The notes beneath the pieces were generated by a model, which was given only the letters and a program-made list of their open reading frames with translations, searched no databases and was not told the origin of the DNA. This document shows, piece after piece, positions 8,458-18,582 of a stretch of 64,000 nt of DNA (its first letter is position 1; every line of letters begins with the position of its first letter). Source of the stretch: Bacteroidales bacterium (GTDB lineage: Bacteria; Bacteroidota; Bacteroidia; Bacteroidales; UBA932). Position numbers and translations under genes: made by a program. Where the stretch lies: NCBI GenBank assembly GCA_024398105.1, contig JAKSJP010000003.1:19780-83779 (forward strand), given 5' to 3'.

Positions 8458-11358
8458 ATGAAGCAAATCAGAAACATTGCCCTCGCAGTATTCATGGTAC
8501 TGTCAGTGGCATCCTGCGGACGATACAAGTACGAGACCGTGGCAGGAGACCCTATGGGAACAAAGATCTACACCCTTGACAATGGACTCAAGGTCTACAT
8601 GTCAGTCAATAAGGAAACGCCAAGGATCCAGGCGAACATCGCCGTCAGGGTCGGCGGAAAGAACGACCCGTCTGACAACACCGGTCTTGCCCACTATCTC
8701 GAGCACATAATGTTCAAGGGAAGTGAGAACTTCGGCACCACCGACTATGCCGCTGAGAAGCCGCTTCTCGACCAGATCCAGGCACTGTATGATATCTACA
8801 GGACAAAGACCGACACCTTCGAGAGGGATTTCATCTACCACCAGATCGACTCGATCAGCTACGAGGCCTCAAAGATCGCCATCGCCAACGAGTACGACAA
8901 GCTCATGTCCCTCATCGGATCGCAGGGCTCAAACGCCTACACATCCAACGACGTGACCTGCTACATCGAGAACATCCCTTCCAACCAGGTCGAGAACTGG
9001 GCCAGGATACAGGCTGACAGGTTCAAGAACATGGTAGTCAGAGGTTTCCACACAGAACTTGAGGCTGTATACGAGGAGTTCAACATGGGTCTCACATCCG
9101 ATTCTGAAAAGGCCCTGGTCGCCGTTGACTCAGTCCTCTTCCCTAGCCATCCATACGGCACACAGACCGTCATCGGAACACAGGAGCATCTCAAGAACCC
9201 TGACATCAGCGCAATCCTCAGACAGAAGGCCACCTATTATGTCCCTAACAACTGCGCGATCTGTCTCGCCGGAGATTTCGACCCGGACGAGATGGTAGCA
9301 ATCATAGAGAAGTATTTCGGCGACTGGCAGCCTAACCCTGGCATCCCGGAGCTCGCCATCCCAGAAGAGGCGCCTATTACAGTGCCTGTCACCAAGCATG
9401 TATACGGCAACGACGCCGAATTCGCATTCATCACATGGAGATACCCTGGCAGCAAGTTCCCTGAGAGCGAGATCTCAGACATCGTCAGCATGATACTCTA
9501 CAACGGCATGGCCGGCCTTATCGACCTTGATGTCAACCAGCAGCAGAAGATGCTCGGCGCCTTCGCTGAGAACTATACAAGGACAGACCATGGCGAGTTC
9601 ATCATCGAAGGTATGCCTCAGGACGGCCAGAGCCTCGACGAGGTGCGTGACATCATCCTGGCCGAAGTCGAGAAGCTCCGCAGCGGCGACTTCGACGAGA
9701 GCCTCGTGGAGTCCGCCATCAGCAACTACAAGCTTGCAGACATGAGGCAGCTCGAGAGAAACAGCTCCAGGGCAAGCAAGTTCGTGGAGTCTTTCATCTC
9801 TCTCCATGACTGGAAGGACGACGTACACCAGATCGACCGCATCAGCGCAATCACAAAGGCAGATGTAGTCGCTTGGGCGAACAAGTACCTCGGCGCAAAC
9901 AGCTATGCAGCAGCATACAAGCATATCGGAACCGACCCGAACATCAACAAGATCCAGGCACCGAAGATCACTCCTATCGAGACGAACCGCGACAAGCAGA
10001 GCGCCTTCCTTGCCGAATTCCAGAATTCGGAGGTCACGCCTATCGAGCCCGTGTTCGTGGACTACAGCAAGGACATGTCAAAGTTCGAGGAGAAAGGTGT
10101 CGAGGTCCTCTACAAGAAGAACGAAGTGAACGGTATATCTCAGGTCAACTTCATCTTCAACAAGGGTCTTGTCAACGATCCTGCACTTGAGATAGCCTTC
10201 TCATATCTGGACTACCTCGGGACAGCCGAAATGAGCGCTGAGGAATTTGCACAGGACATGTACTCGCTTGCATGCAACTTCAGCTGCCGCGTCTCAGACG
10301 ACAGGACCGTGATCTCGGTCTCAGGTCTTGACGAGAACATCGGAAAGGCCATCGACCTCGTGGAGAGCCTCATCCTCAACGCCGAGTCAGACGACGACGT
10401 ACTTGCAGGCCTCAAGGAAGACTACCTCAAGCAGAGGCACGACGAGAAACTCAGCATGAGTTCATGCTATTCTGCGCTTGAGTCATATATCTACTACGGT
10501 CCTGACTATGTGAAGAAGACCGTGCTCAGCGACTCTCAGCTTGCCGCTCTTACCTCCGAGGAACTCCTCGGCAAGATCCGCGGCATCCTCGGATACCAGC
10601 ACACAGTCCTCTATTACGGTCCTCAGAGCGAGGATGGTGCAAAGTCCCTCATCGCTCAGCACCACAACATCGGAGACAACCTCATCCCTCTCGAGAGGAC
10701 ACATATCAGCCAGATGGTGACCTCAGAGCCTAAGACATACATCGTCAACTACGACGCACGCCAGTTCAACTACATCCAGTACACCAACAAAGGTGAGAAG
10801 TACGATCTTTCCGAGGATGCGGACCTCACCCTCTTCAACGAGTATTTCGGAGCCGGAATGAACACGATCGTATTCCAGGAGATGAGAGAGTCCAGGGCCC
10901 TCGCCTACTCAGCACGTGCGCGCCTGAACTTCCCTTCATATGCCGGCGACGACTACAGCTTCTATGCTTACATCGGATCCCAGAACGACAAGCTCGTCAA
11001 GGCTGTGACTGCGTTCGACGAGATCATCAACGACATGCCTCAGGAGCAGAAGAACTTCGACATCGCGAAGAAGTCTCTTGATTCGCAGCTCCGCACAAGC
11101 AGAGTTACCGGAGCCTCAGTGCTCAACAGCTATCTCAACGACCGCGAGCTTGGTCTGAGCGAGCCGAAGGCGAAGGGAATCTTCAAGAATCTCGAGAGCC
11201 TCACCATGGAAGACCTTGTTGCTACCCAGCAGAAGTGGATCAAGGACAGGACATACGTCTACGGTATCGTAGGCGACATCCGTGACCTTGACCTTGACTT
11301 CCTCAGGACCCTCGGTCCTGTCCAGGAGCTATCTCTCGAAGAGGTATTCGGATACTAG
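8458..11358 (+). CDS. M16-family (insulinase/pitrilysin-like) zinc peptidase, lipoprotein, double-module about 966 aa
   Basis: The ORF-track ORF starts at 8365 (TTG) inside the tRNA. The plausible start is ATG 8458 (MKQIRNIALAVFMVLSVAS|C). Inverted zinc motif HYLEH (HxxEH), then the downstream E of LEAVYEEFN. A second inactive M16 half follows. Confidence 0.88.
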   Translation: MKQIRNIALAVFMVLSVASCGRYKYETVAGDPMGTKIYTLDNGLKVYMSVNKETPRIQANIAVRVGGKNDPSDNTGLAHYLEHIMFKGSENFGTTDYAAEKPLLDQIQALYDIYRTKTDTFERDFIYHQIDSISYEASKIAIANEYDKLMSLIGSQGSNAYTSNDVTCYIENIPSNQVENWARIQADRFKNMVVRGFHTELEAVYEEFNMGLTSDSEKALVAVDSVLFPSHPYGTQTVIGTQEHLKNPDISAILRQKATYYVPNNCAICLAGDFDPDEMVAIIEKYFGDWQPNPGIPELAIPEEAPITVPVTKHVYGNDAEFAFITWRYPGSKFPESEISDIVSMILYNGMAGLIDLDVNQQQKMLGAFAENYTRTDHGEFIIEGMPQDGQSLDEVRDIILAEVEKLRSGDFDESLVESAISNYKLADMRQLERNSSRASKFVESFISLHDWKDDVHQIDRISAITKADVVAWANKYLGANSYAAAYKHIGTDPNINKIQAPKITPIETNRDKQSAFLAEFQNSEVTPIEPVFVDYSKDMSKFEEKGVEVLYKKNEVNGISQVNFIFNKGLVNDPALEIAFSYLDYLGTAEMSAEEFAQDMYSLACNFSCRVSDDRTVISVSGLDENIGKAIDLVESLILNAESDDDVLAGLKEDYLKQRHDEKLSMSSCYSALESYIYYGPDYVKKTVLSDSQLAALTSEELLGKIRGILGYQHTVLYYGPQSEDGAKSLIAQHHNIGDNLIPLERTHISQMVTSEPKTYIVNYDARQFNYIQYTNKGEKYDLSEDADLTLFNEYFGAGMNTIVFQEMRESRALAYSARARLNFPSYAGDDYSFYAYIGSQNDKLVKAVTAFDEIINDMPQEQKNFDIAKKSLDSQLRTSRVTGASVLNSYLNDRELGLSEPKAKGIFKNLESLTMEDLVATQQKWIKDRTYVYGIVGDIRDLDLDFLRTLGPVQELSLEEVFGY

Positions 11359-11360
11359 TC

Positions 11361-12455
11361 CTACTTGAGCACATATTCAGTGATGTTCTTGACGCCGGGG
11401 AGGCCATAATAGGCTTCGACGATATCTCCTTTGAAGAACACCTTCCTTCCTCGGTTTTCAGGATGGTCCACCAGGTTAAGCACATTTCTCATCTCGCCCT
11501 TCTTAAGTTCGACTGAAAGGCACACGTCATTCGTCGAAGCTGAGGTCTTGCCGGATATGGCAAGGTTGGTGGCGGTGGGGAATGGTGCTTCAAACTGGAT
11601 ATGGTTGGTCGACTTAAACGAGCCTACCACATAGCCATAGACCCACACATTCTCTGCCCCTATGGATTTCCGGGCAGTGGCGACGTCGATGGCATTGTCA
11701 GGGACCGATCCCGACCCGGACTCTCCTCCGATGACGATGTCGGCACCTGTCCAGTTCCTTGTCGTATCTATCGAGATATGGATTCCGCCGACTCCGCCAT
11801 CAGAAGAGCTAGGTTCCGGCGCAGAGATGCCCACAGTCAGTATTTCCTTAGGCTCGAGCGAGCGTGTCAACAGATTGGACTGGGTACCGTCGTTGTCTAT
11901 GATAAGCGACACTTCCCCGGGCTGGAAATACGCGATTCTCTTCTCCGAATAGGAATACATCAGCCTTCCCTCAGAAGACTTCAGGAAAAGCGCTCCCTTA
12001 GGGTATGAGGTCAGGAAATTCGGCTCTATCTTAAGCCGAACGCCTGAATTCACCTGCGTGCACAGTATATCTACGCTTTCAACGCCTCCAGGAGGAACTA
12101 TCACGCATTGGTCGTCACCATAGACCGGAGTTGAGAAATCCGGTCTGCTGAACTCTGAAGAGCGGACCGATATGTTGTAGGTGCCGGACTCGACAATCAT
12201 ATTTTCCGGAACATTTCCGTACTTGTCATCGAATATCACCTTGCCCCCTCCGTCTTTGATAATGAGATTGAAATCGTTGGTGTCAGGCAGTTCGGTGACC
12301 GCTTTTGTCGCGAACTGTCCACGGACGAAATGGATACGCAGACTGCCCTCCTTCCTGTCACCAATAAGGCTTTCGCATGATGTCAATGAAATTGCAGACA
12401 GACAAAGGACCGTAGCTGCGACGGTCCGGACTTTTGAAAAAAGTAATCCTCGCAT
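11361..12455 (-). CDS. Hypothetical surface lipoprotein; C-terminal OB-like domain resembling DUF6359, N-terminal part resembling DUF4493 (family names from memory)
   Basis: 364 aa with lipobox SLTS|C. C-terminal pattern NVWVYGYVVG...LNLVDHPENRGRKVFFKGDIVEAYYGLPGVKN. Confidence 0.5.
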   Translation of the reverse strand: MRGLLFSKVRTVAATVLCLSAISLTSCESLIGDRKEGSLRIHFVRGQFATKAVTELPDTNDFNLIIKDGGGKVIFDDKYGNVPENMIVESGTYNISVRSSEFSRPDFSTPVYGDDQCVIVPPGGVESVDILCTQVNSGVRLKIEPNFLTSYPKGALFLKSSEGRLMYSYSEKRIAYFQPGEVSLIIDNDGTQSNLLTRSLEPKEILTVGISAPEPSSSDGGVGGIHISIDTTRNWTGADIVIGGESGSGSVPDNAIDVATARKSIGAENVWVYGYVVGSFKSTNHIQFEAPFPTATNLAISGKTSASTNDVCLSVELKKGEMRNVLNLVDHPENRGRKVFFKGDIVEAYYGLPGVKNITEYVLK

Positions 12456-12542
12456 AGCTTTTTTTCAGCCAATATAGGACCTGATCCGCAAAGCGAGGGC
12501 AAGAATCCTGAATTGTTCCTGCAGGACAGGGTATCAATTTTT

Positions 12543-12613
12543 CTTTACCAGGTAAACAATTCCTGCTTACCTGGTAAACACAAGCCTTTACCATGGCAGA
12601 AGAATTCTTTACC
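12543..12613. promoter_or_regulatory. Phased array of four CTTTACC-type repeats (two inside 13-bp palindromes); candidate operator upstream of the 11361-12455 gene
   Basis: CTTTACC at 12543, 12586 and 12607, and gCTTACC at 12565, giving 22/21/21-bp spacing. Palindromes are TTTACCAGGTAAA (12544-12556) and cTTACCTGGTAAA (12566-12578). Confidence 0.4.
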
Positions 12614-12637
12614 GCATAAGAACGGGCATAAAATAAT

Positions 12638-12667
12638 GCGCGGCGTCGCATCACTGCGATACCGCGC
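12638..12667 (-). terminator. GC-rich hairpin downstream of the helicase gene (probable terminator)
   Basis: gcgcgg-c-gtcgca tcac tgcgat-a-ccgcgc. On the minus strand it is followed by cattatttta. Lies 76 nt after the helicase stop. Confidence 0.5.
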
Positions 12668-12742
12668 CTCTTAACCTAAACTTAAACTATGAAAAACTTC
12701 ACCGCAAATATGATGATAGTTTACATCATTTGCAAATATTTT

Positions 12743-15232
12743 TTACGCCATGCGTATTTTTGCATATCTCAGTATCAATATCTTCTCCCCAAAATCATCA
12801 AATCTGATCTTAGCCTTGAGGTCTGCAGGCGAACCGCTGATTTCAAGGATATCGCCGTATCCGAACCTGCTATGTTCAATTCTCATGCCTTCGCGCAAAG
12901 ACAAGGCTGATACAGGGATGAAATTCGGATCTTCGTCCCTTTTCGGAACCTGAGGCACCTTAGGTATCTGAGGCTTCGGAGGCAGGGGTACAGACGCCGG
13001 GCGCTGGGTACCATGGGCCTGTCTCTGGACGGCAGAAGGGCCTCTCTGGACGGATGGTCCTCTCTGGACTGCACCGGACCTTCCGTAGTTGTTTCCGCTC
13101 TGGCGTGACGGGAAAGCGCCCATCCTTGTCTGGCCGAAGCCGCTCGTCCTTGGCATAAGGTCGTCCTCACCCTTCTTCCGGAGCGGATTCTCGACGTATT
13201 GTTCAGCTATGTCCCTGAGGAAACGGCTTGGCGGGAACTCGACGGTCTTGCCGTTCCTGAGCCTGCTCTGGCAGAATGAGAGCTCGACGGTCCTCTCTGC
13301 CCTTGTGACAGCCACATAGAAAAGTCTTCTTTCCTCTTCAAGTTCCTCCGGAGAGACGGAGAATGAGTCGTTGTACGAAGGGAAAAGTCCGTCCTCCATT
13401 CCGACCACATAGACATGAGGGAACTCAAGTCCTTTCGACGAATGGACCGTCATCATGGCAACTTTATTGTCGGCATCCTCCTCGTTTCCGTCGGCAGTGT
13501 CGACAGCGCTCAACAGAGAGATGTCCTCAAGGAACTCTCCGAGGCTCACGACAGGAAGATCACTCTCTGCAATCTCCTCATTATCAGAGATAAGGCCATC
13601 TGACATCATCTCCTCGACATAGTCGTTATGACGCTTGTCCACAAAGTCCTTGACACTGTTGAGAAGCTCCTCGACATTGGCCGCGCGCGACTGGCTCTCC
13701 ACGGAATTGTCCTCCTTCAGGCTCCTGTAGAGGCCGCATTCATCCGAGAGAGCCATGGCGACATCGTAGGCATCAGCACTTGCCATAGACGTATACGCCT
13801 TGGTTATCATTGCCTGGAATTCCTTAAGTTTCCTGAGAGCAGCCGCACGCAGTCCGAACTGCTCAAGATCCGGAAGGTCAATGGCCTTCAGGAGCGGCAT
13901 CTGATGTGCCTTCGCAGCTGCGGCAAGAGCCTCCACCGATGTGTCTCCGATGCCTCTTGCAGGGGTGTTCACGATGCGTCTGAAAGACTCGTCGTCATTG
14001 ATGTTGACGGCCAGCTTGAAATAGGCCATCATGTCCTTGACCTCCTGACGGTCGAAGAACGAATTGCCCGAGAAGATGCGGTAAGGAATGTTCCTTTTCC
14101 TGAGCGCCTCCTCAAGCGCCTTCGACTGGGAGTTAGTCCTATATAAAATTGCAAAATCCTGATACTGACCATGTTCCGCAGCCATCTTCGAGATGATTGA
14201 AGAGACTACAAGCAGCGCCTCTTCCTTGTCGGTATAGGCGTTGATGAGCCTGATCTTCTTTCCTTCCTCATCGGCTGAATAGCAGACCTTAGGAATCCTG
14301 CCTTCGTTCTTCGCGATGACGGAATTTGCAGCGTTCACGATGGTCTGGGTAGAACGGTAGTTCCTCTCGAGCTTGAAGAGCTTATAGTCCGGATAGTCCT
14401 TGCTGAAATTGAGGATGTTCTGGATCCTGGCGCCACGGAATGCATAGATCGACTGGGAGTCGTCTCCCACGACGCAGATGTTCCTATGCCTTGCAGAAAG
14501 TGCCTTCAGGATAAGGTACTGCGAGAAGTTCGTATCCTGATACTCGTCTACGAGGATGTAGTCGAAGCGCCCTGAGATGTCCGCCAGAGCCTCCGGATTA
14601 TGCTTCAGCAGGATGTTCATGTTCATCAGGATGTCATCGAAGTCCATGACGCCAGACTGCTTGAGCAGTGTCTGGTAGGCCTCGTAGACATCAGCCATGC
14701 GGGGCATCTTCCTCTGGCTGTCCCTTTTGCTGAACTCGAGGTTCTTCCTGTATGCCGGCACCGTCCAGAGATCATTCTTCGCAGCGGAGATCACTGACAG
14801 CACCGTCTTCGGCTTATAGACCTTGTCGTCAAGGTTCAAGGTCTTGAGGCAGCGCTTCACTGCGCTCATCGAATCCGAAGTGTCGTAGATAGTGAAGGCA
14901 GACGGGTATCCGAGGTAGTCCGCATACTCCCTGAGGAAGCGGATGAACACCGAATGGAAGGTTCCCATGAACAGTCTGCGGGCCTTCTTTTCACCAACCA
15001 TGAGACCGATGCGGTCCTTCATCTCAGTGGCCGCTTTCTTGGTGAAAGTCAGGGCCATGATCCTTCCGGGATCGCATCCTTTCTCCAGCACATATGCAAT
15101 TCTGCTGGTCAGCACACGCGTCTTTCCGGCGCCCGCTCCTGCCACGATCAGGACCGGTCCGTCGGTCGTCTGCACAGCTTTTAGCTGAACTGCATCCAAT
15201 CCTTTGATAATTGTTCCAATATTGTTGTCCAT
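12743..15232 (-). CDS. UvrD/PcrA/Rep-type superfamily-1 ATP-dependent DNA helicase with low-complexity linker and C-terminal Tudor-like domain
   Basis: 829 aa. Walker A AGAGAGKT, motif II VDEYQDTN, and further SF1 motifs (VGDDSQSIYAFRGA, YRS, TVHSSKGLEF, YVAVTRA). Linker contains VQRGPSVQRGPSAVQR. C-terminus reads GMRIEHSRFGYGDILEISG...KIRFDDFGEKILILRYAKI. Confidence 0.92.
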   Translation of the reverse strand: MDNNIGTIIKGLDAVQLKAVQTTDGPVLIVAGAGAGKTRVLTSRIAYVLEKGCDPGRIMALTFTKKAATEMKDRIGLMVGEKKARRLFMGTFHSVFIRFLREYADYLGYPSAFTIYDTSDSMSAVKRCLKTLNLDDKVYKPKTVLSVISAAKNDLWTVPAYRKNLEFSKRDSQRKMPRMADVYEAYQTLLKQSGVMDFDDILMNMNILLKHNPEALADISGRFDYILVDEYQDTNFSQYLILKALSARHRNICVVGDDSQSIYAFRGARIQNILNFSKDYPDYKLFKLERNYRSTQTIVNAANSVIAKNEGRIPKVCYSADEEGKKIRLINAYTDKEEALLVVSSIISKMAAEHGQYQDFAILYRTNSQSKALEEALRKRNIPYRIFSGNSFFDRQEVKDMMAYFKLAVNINDDESFRRIVNTPARGIGDTSVEALAAAAKAHQMPLLKAIDLPDLEQFGLRAAALRKLKEFQAMITKAYTSMASADAYDVAMALSDECGLYRSLKEDNSVESQSRAANVEELLNSVKDFVDKRHNDYVEEMMSDGLISDNEEIAESDLPVVSLGEFLEDISLLSAVDTADGNEEDADNKVAMMTVHSSKGLEFPHVYVVGMEDGLFPSYNDSFSVSPEELEEERRLFYVAVTRAERTVELSFCQSRLRNGKTVEFPPSRFLRDIAEQYVENPLRKKGEDDLMPRTSGFGQTRMGAFPSRQSGNNYGRSGAVQRGPSVQRGPSAVQRQAHGTQRPASVPLPPKPQIPKVPQVPKRDEDPNFIPVSALSLREGMRIEHSRFGYGDILEISGSPADLKAKIRFDDFGEKILILRYAKIRMA

Positions 15233-15311
15233 AGTGTCGCGAAATTACGAAAAAAATGGTTAAATTCGCGCCTGGAATTTTCCAATGAAATTTGTATTTA
15301 ATTTTATCATA

Positions 15312-16655
15312 ATGTCAAACAACATCGTACTGAAACGCGGGTTGGACATTCCTATCAACGGAGTGGCAGCCCAGGAGACCGTCAAGACGGTTAAGCCAAG
15401 CGTTGTCGCTATGAAACCAACTGACTTCAAGGGTCTTGTTCCAAGGCTCCTCGTCAGAGAAGGCGACAAGGTCCTGGCCGGTTCTCCAGTGATGGCCGAC
15501 AAGAATTGTCTGGACATCCTTTTCACATCTCCAGTCAGTGGTACTGTAGCAGAGGTTGTAAGAGGCGATAAGAGAAAGCTCCTCGAAGTGCGCATCAAGG
15601 CAGACGAGGCTCAGGAGTACGTCGACTTCGGCGTGCAGAACGTAGCTTCAATGTCAGCTGAGGACGTAAAGGCACTTCTCCTCAAGAGCGGACTCTGGAC
15701 TTCACTTGTCCAGAGACCTTACGGTATCCTCGCCAACCCTCAGGCTCAGCCTAAGGCTATCTTCATCTCAGCTTTCAACACAGCCCCTCTCGCAGCAGAC
15801 TACGAGTACACTCTCGGTTCTGAGGTCGAGGCGATCCAGGCTGGTGTCAACGCTCTCGCGAAGCTCGCACAGGTCCATGTATCTGTAAACAGCGCTTCTT
15901 CAGCTTTCGCCAAGCTCCAGAACGCAACTCTCCACACATTCACAGGAAAGCATCCTGCTGGAAACGTCGGAGTACAGATCGCAAACATCTCATACATCCG
16001 CAAGGAGGAGACAGTATGGACAGTGGCACTTCCACTCGTAGCAGCTATCGGCAAGCTCTTCACCACAGGTAAGGTCGACCTTTGCAGAAAGGTAGCCGTA
16101 ACCGGTCCTGAGGCTGTCAACCCTGCATACGTCAACGCTCTCCCAGGCGTTGCCATGAAGGACCTCGAGTCATTCTACGCAGGCGCAGAGAACATCCGTA
16201 TCGTATCCGGCGACGTCCTCTCAGGAAAGACCATAGGTGCTGAAGGTTATCTCGGTTTCTTCGACACACAGGTCAGCATCCTCAAGGAGGGTAACACACA
16301 CGAGCTCTTCGGATGGGCAAGACCTCTCCGTCTCAACCAGTTCTCGTCTACACGTTCATACTTCTCATGGCTCTGCCCTAAGAAGAAGTACAACATGGAC
16401 ACAAACCTCCACGGCGGTCCAAGAGCATTCCTCATGTCAGATTCATTCTATGCTGACGTCCTCCCTATGGACATCTTCCCTCTCTACCTCACAAAGGCCT
16501 GCCTTGCAGGTGACATCGAGAAGATGGAGAAGTTCGGCATCTATGAGGTGCTTCCTGAGGATCTCGCTCTCTGCGAGTTCGTGGATCCTTCGAAGAATTA
16601 CATTCAGGATATAATCGCAAAGGGTATCGACCTGATGCTTAAAGAAATGGCTTAA
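15312..16655 (+). CDS. nqrA: Na+-translocating NADH:quinone oxidoreductase subunit A
   Basis: The ORF begins at 15285, but the NqrA-like N-terminus MSNNIVLKRGLDIPINGVA starts at ATG 15312. First gene of a six-gene nqr array. Confidence 0.93.
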   Translation: MSNNIVLKRGLDIPINGVAAQETVKTVKPSVVAMKPTDFKGLVPRLLVREGDKVLAGSPVMADKNCLDILFTSPVSGTVAEVVRGDKRKLLEVRIKADEAQEYVDFGVQNVASMSAEDVKALLLKSGLWTSLVQRPYGILANPQAQPKAIFISAFNTAPLAADYEYTLGSEVEAIQAGVNALAKLAQVHVSVNSASSAFAKLQNATLHTFTGKHPAGNVGVQIANISYIRKEETVWTVALPLVAAIGKLFTTGKVDLCRKVAVTGPEAVNPAYVNALPGVAMKDLESFYAGAENIRIVSGDVLSGKTIGAEGYLGFFDTQVSILKEGNTHELFGWARPLRLNQFSSTRSYFSWLCPKKKYNMDTNLHGGPRAFLMSDSFYADVLPMDIFPLYLTKACLAGDIEKMEKFGIYEVLPEDLALCEFVDPSKNYIQDIIAKGIDLMLKEMA

Positions 16656-16660
16656 AAGTT

Positions 16661-17779
16661 ATGAACAGCATATTTGAAAAAGGCGGCAAGCTCTACTGGC
16701 TGCACTCAACCGTCGACGCTTTTGAGACATTCCTCAATGTTCCTGATACAGTTTCCCTCAAGGGTACTCACGTCAAGGATTCCATTGACCTCAAGAGAAT
16801 CGTCATCATCGCACTCATCTCCACAATCCCTGCAGCATTGTTCGGAATGTGGAACGTCGGATACCAGCACAGCCTCGCCATCGGCGCAGCTCCTGCATTC
16901 TGGTCTGACTTCTTCTATGGCCTCCTCAAGGTCATTCCTCTCTATGTCGTAGCTTACATCGTAGGTCTCAGCATCGAGTTCGCCTCTGCCCAGATCCGCA
17001 ACGAGGAAGTGAACGAGGGTTACCTCATGACAGGTTTCATCATTCCTCTCATCGTCCCTGTAGACGTTCCGCTCTGGATGCTCGCAGTCGCAGTCGCATT
17101 CGCAGTACTCTTCGGCAAGGAGGTATTCGGCGGTACAGGTATGAACATCTGGAACCCTGCACTCCTTACCCGTGCATTCCTCTTCTTCTCTTATCCTAGC
17201 AGCATGTCAGGTGAGAGCACATGGATCGCACTCAGGAAGGGTGAGGCTCTCATCGACGGCGCTACAGGCGCAACACCTCTTTCATTCGTGAACGAGGGTC
17301 TCGACTCAGTAGCCACACAGTACGGCACATCATTCATGGACATGTTCCTCGGCACCATCCCTGGATCAGTCGGTGAGACATCCGCTCTCGCAATCCTCCT
17401 CGGTGCCGCCATCCTCATCTGGACAGGCGTCGCAAGCTGGAAGATCATGGTATCTTCTGTCCTTGGTGCTCTCTGCGTAGGTATCCTCGCACAGCTCGGA
17501 GGCTCAGACATTCCTTGCTACTATCACCTCGTGATGGGTGGTTTCGCATTCGGTGCAGTCTTCATGGCTACAGACCCAGTGACAGCAGCACAGACAGAGT
17601 GTGGCAAGTGGATCTATGGTTTCTTCATCGGTGCAGTCTGCGTCATCGTAAGACTCTTCAACCCAGGTTACGCTGAGGGTATGATGCTCGCCATCCTCCT
17701 CGGTAACACCTTCGCACCTATCATCGACCACTGTGTCATCAGCGCATCTATTTCAAGAAAGGCAAAGAAAATCGCATAA
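16661..17779 (+). CDS. nqrB: Na+-NQR subunit B
   Basis: 372 aa, polytopic. FMN-attachment region DGATGATPL. Operon position. Confidence 0.95.
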   Translation: MNSIFEKGGKLYWLHSTVDAFETFLNVPDTVSLKGTHVKDSIDLKRIVIIALISTIPAALFGMWNVGYQHSLAIGAAPAFWSDFFYGLLKVIPLYVVAYIVGLSIEFASAQIRNEEVNEGYLMTGFIIPLIVPVDVPLWMLAVAVAFAVLFGKEVFGGTGMNIWNPALLTRAFLFFSYPSSMSGESTWIALRKGEALIDGATGATPLSFVNEGLDSVATQYGTSFMDMFLGTIPGSVGETSALAILLGAAILIWTGVASWKIMVSSVLGALCVGILAQLGGSDIPCYYHLVMGGFAFGAVFMATDPVTAAQTECGKWIYGFFIGAVCVIVRLFNPGYAEGMMLAILLGNTFAPIIDHCVISASISRKAKKIA

Positions 17780-17782
17780 GTC

Positions 17783-18580
17783 ATGAATACAAACAACAAC
17801 ATATATACAGTCGTATATACAGCGGTGATCGTAATCATCGTATCTGCGGTACTTGCCTTCGCTTCATCTTCACTCAAAAGCAGACAGGAAGCTAACGAGA
17901 AGGCTGAGGTAGTCAGCCAGATCCTCACAGCCGGCAAGTTCGGCGAGAAGAGCGAGTGGTCTGCAAAGGGCAACGATGCTGTCCTCGCTTTCTACAAGGA
18001 GAACATCGCTGAGGCTTACACAGTGAATGCAGCAGGTGCAAAGGTCGCAGACCTCAACACAGCAGACGCACAGGTCTACACAGTCTCTGACCTCAAGGCT
18101 CAGAACTACAACATCAAGGGTGGCAGCGACGTATGTCTCCCAGTATACGTCTTCAAGAACGGCACAGTCGTAGTTCCTATCTACGGAGCCGGTCTCTGGG
18201 GACCAGTATGGGGCTACATCGGATTCGAGCCTAACCGTCAGGACATGGTGGGTGCATACTTCGACCATGACTCTGAGACCCCAGGTCTCGGTGGCAAGAT
18301 CAAGGACGACCCTTCTTTCCGCGCAATGTTCGAAGACAAGGCTGTTGATTTCTCTGACGCAACTCCTTTCGCAATCGTGAAGGGCGGCGCTCCAGCAGGC
18401 AAGATCAACGCCATCGACGCAATTTCAGGTGCCACAATGACATCAAACGGTGTCAGCGAGGCTATCAACAACTGGCTCAACGCATACAAGAGCTTCCTTA
18501 CAGCTGTCGTTCCTGCATCAGAGGAGAACCAGCTCAGAGGCAGAATGATGGGCGAGCCAACTAATGCAGAGGAGGAATAA
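17783..18580 (+). CDS. nqrC: Na+-NQR subunit C
   Basis: 265 aa with a single N-terminal TM. FMN-attachment motif ISGATMTS. Confidence 0.93.
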   Translation: MNTNNNIYTVVYTAVIVIIVSAVLAFASSSLKSRQEANEKAEVVSQILTAGKFGEKSEWSAKGNDAVLAFYKENIAEAYTVNAAGAKVADLNTADAQVYTVSDLKAQNYNIKGGSDVCLPVYVFKNGTVVVPIYGAGLWGPVWGYIGFEPNRQDMVGAYFDHDSETPGLGGKIKDDPSFRAMFEDKAVDFSDATPFAIVKGGAPAGKINAIDAISGATMTSNGVSEAINNWLNAYKSFLTAVVPASEENQLRGRMMGEPTNAEEE

Positions 18581-18582
18581 TC

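Noticed and set aside
12689-12953. 73-aa and 67-aa plus-strand ORFs at the 3' end of the helicase gene
   Set aside because: They overlap the well-supported Tudor-like C-terminus of the helicase on the opposite strand and have no features of real genes.
15285-15311. 9-codon extension of nqrA (MKFVFNFII)
   Set aside because: NqrA proteins begin with an MSNxIxLKKGLDI-type sequence, which matches ATG 15312.
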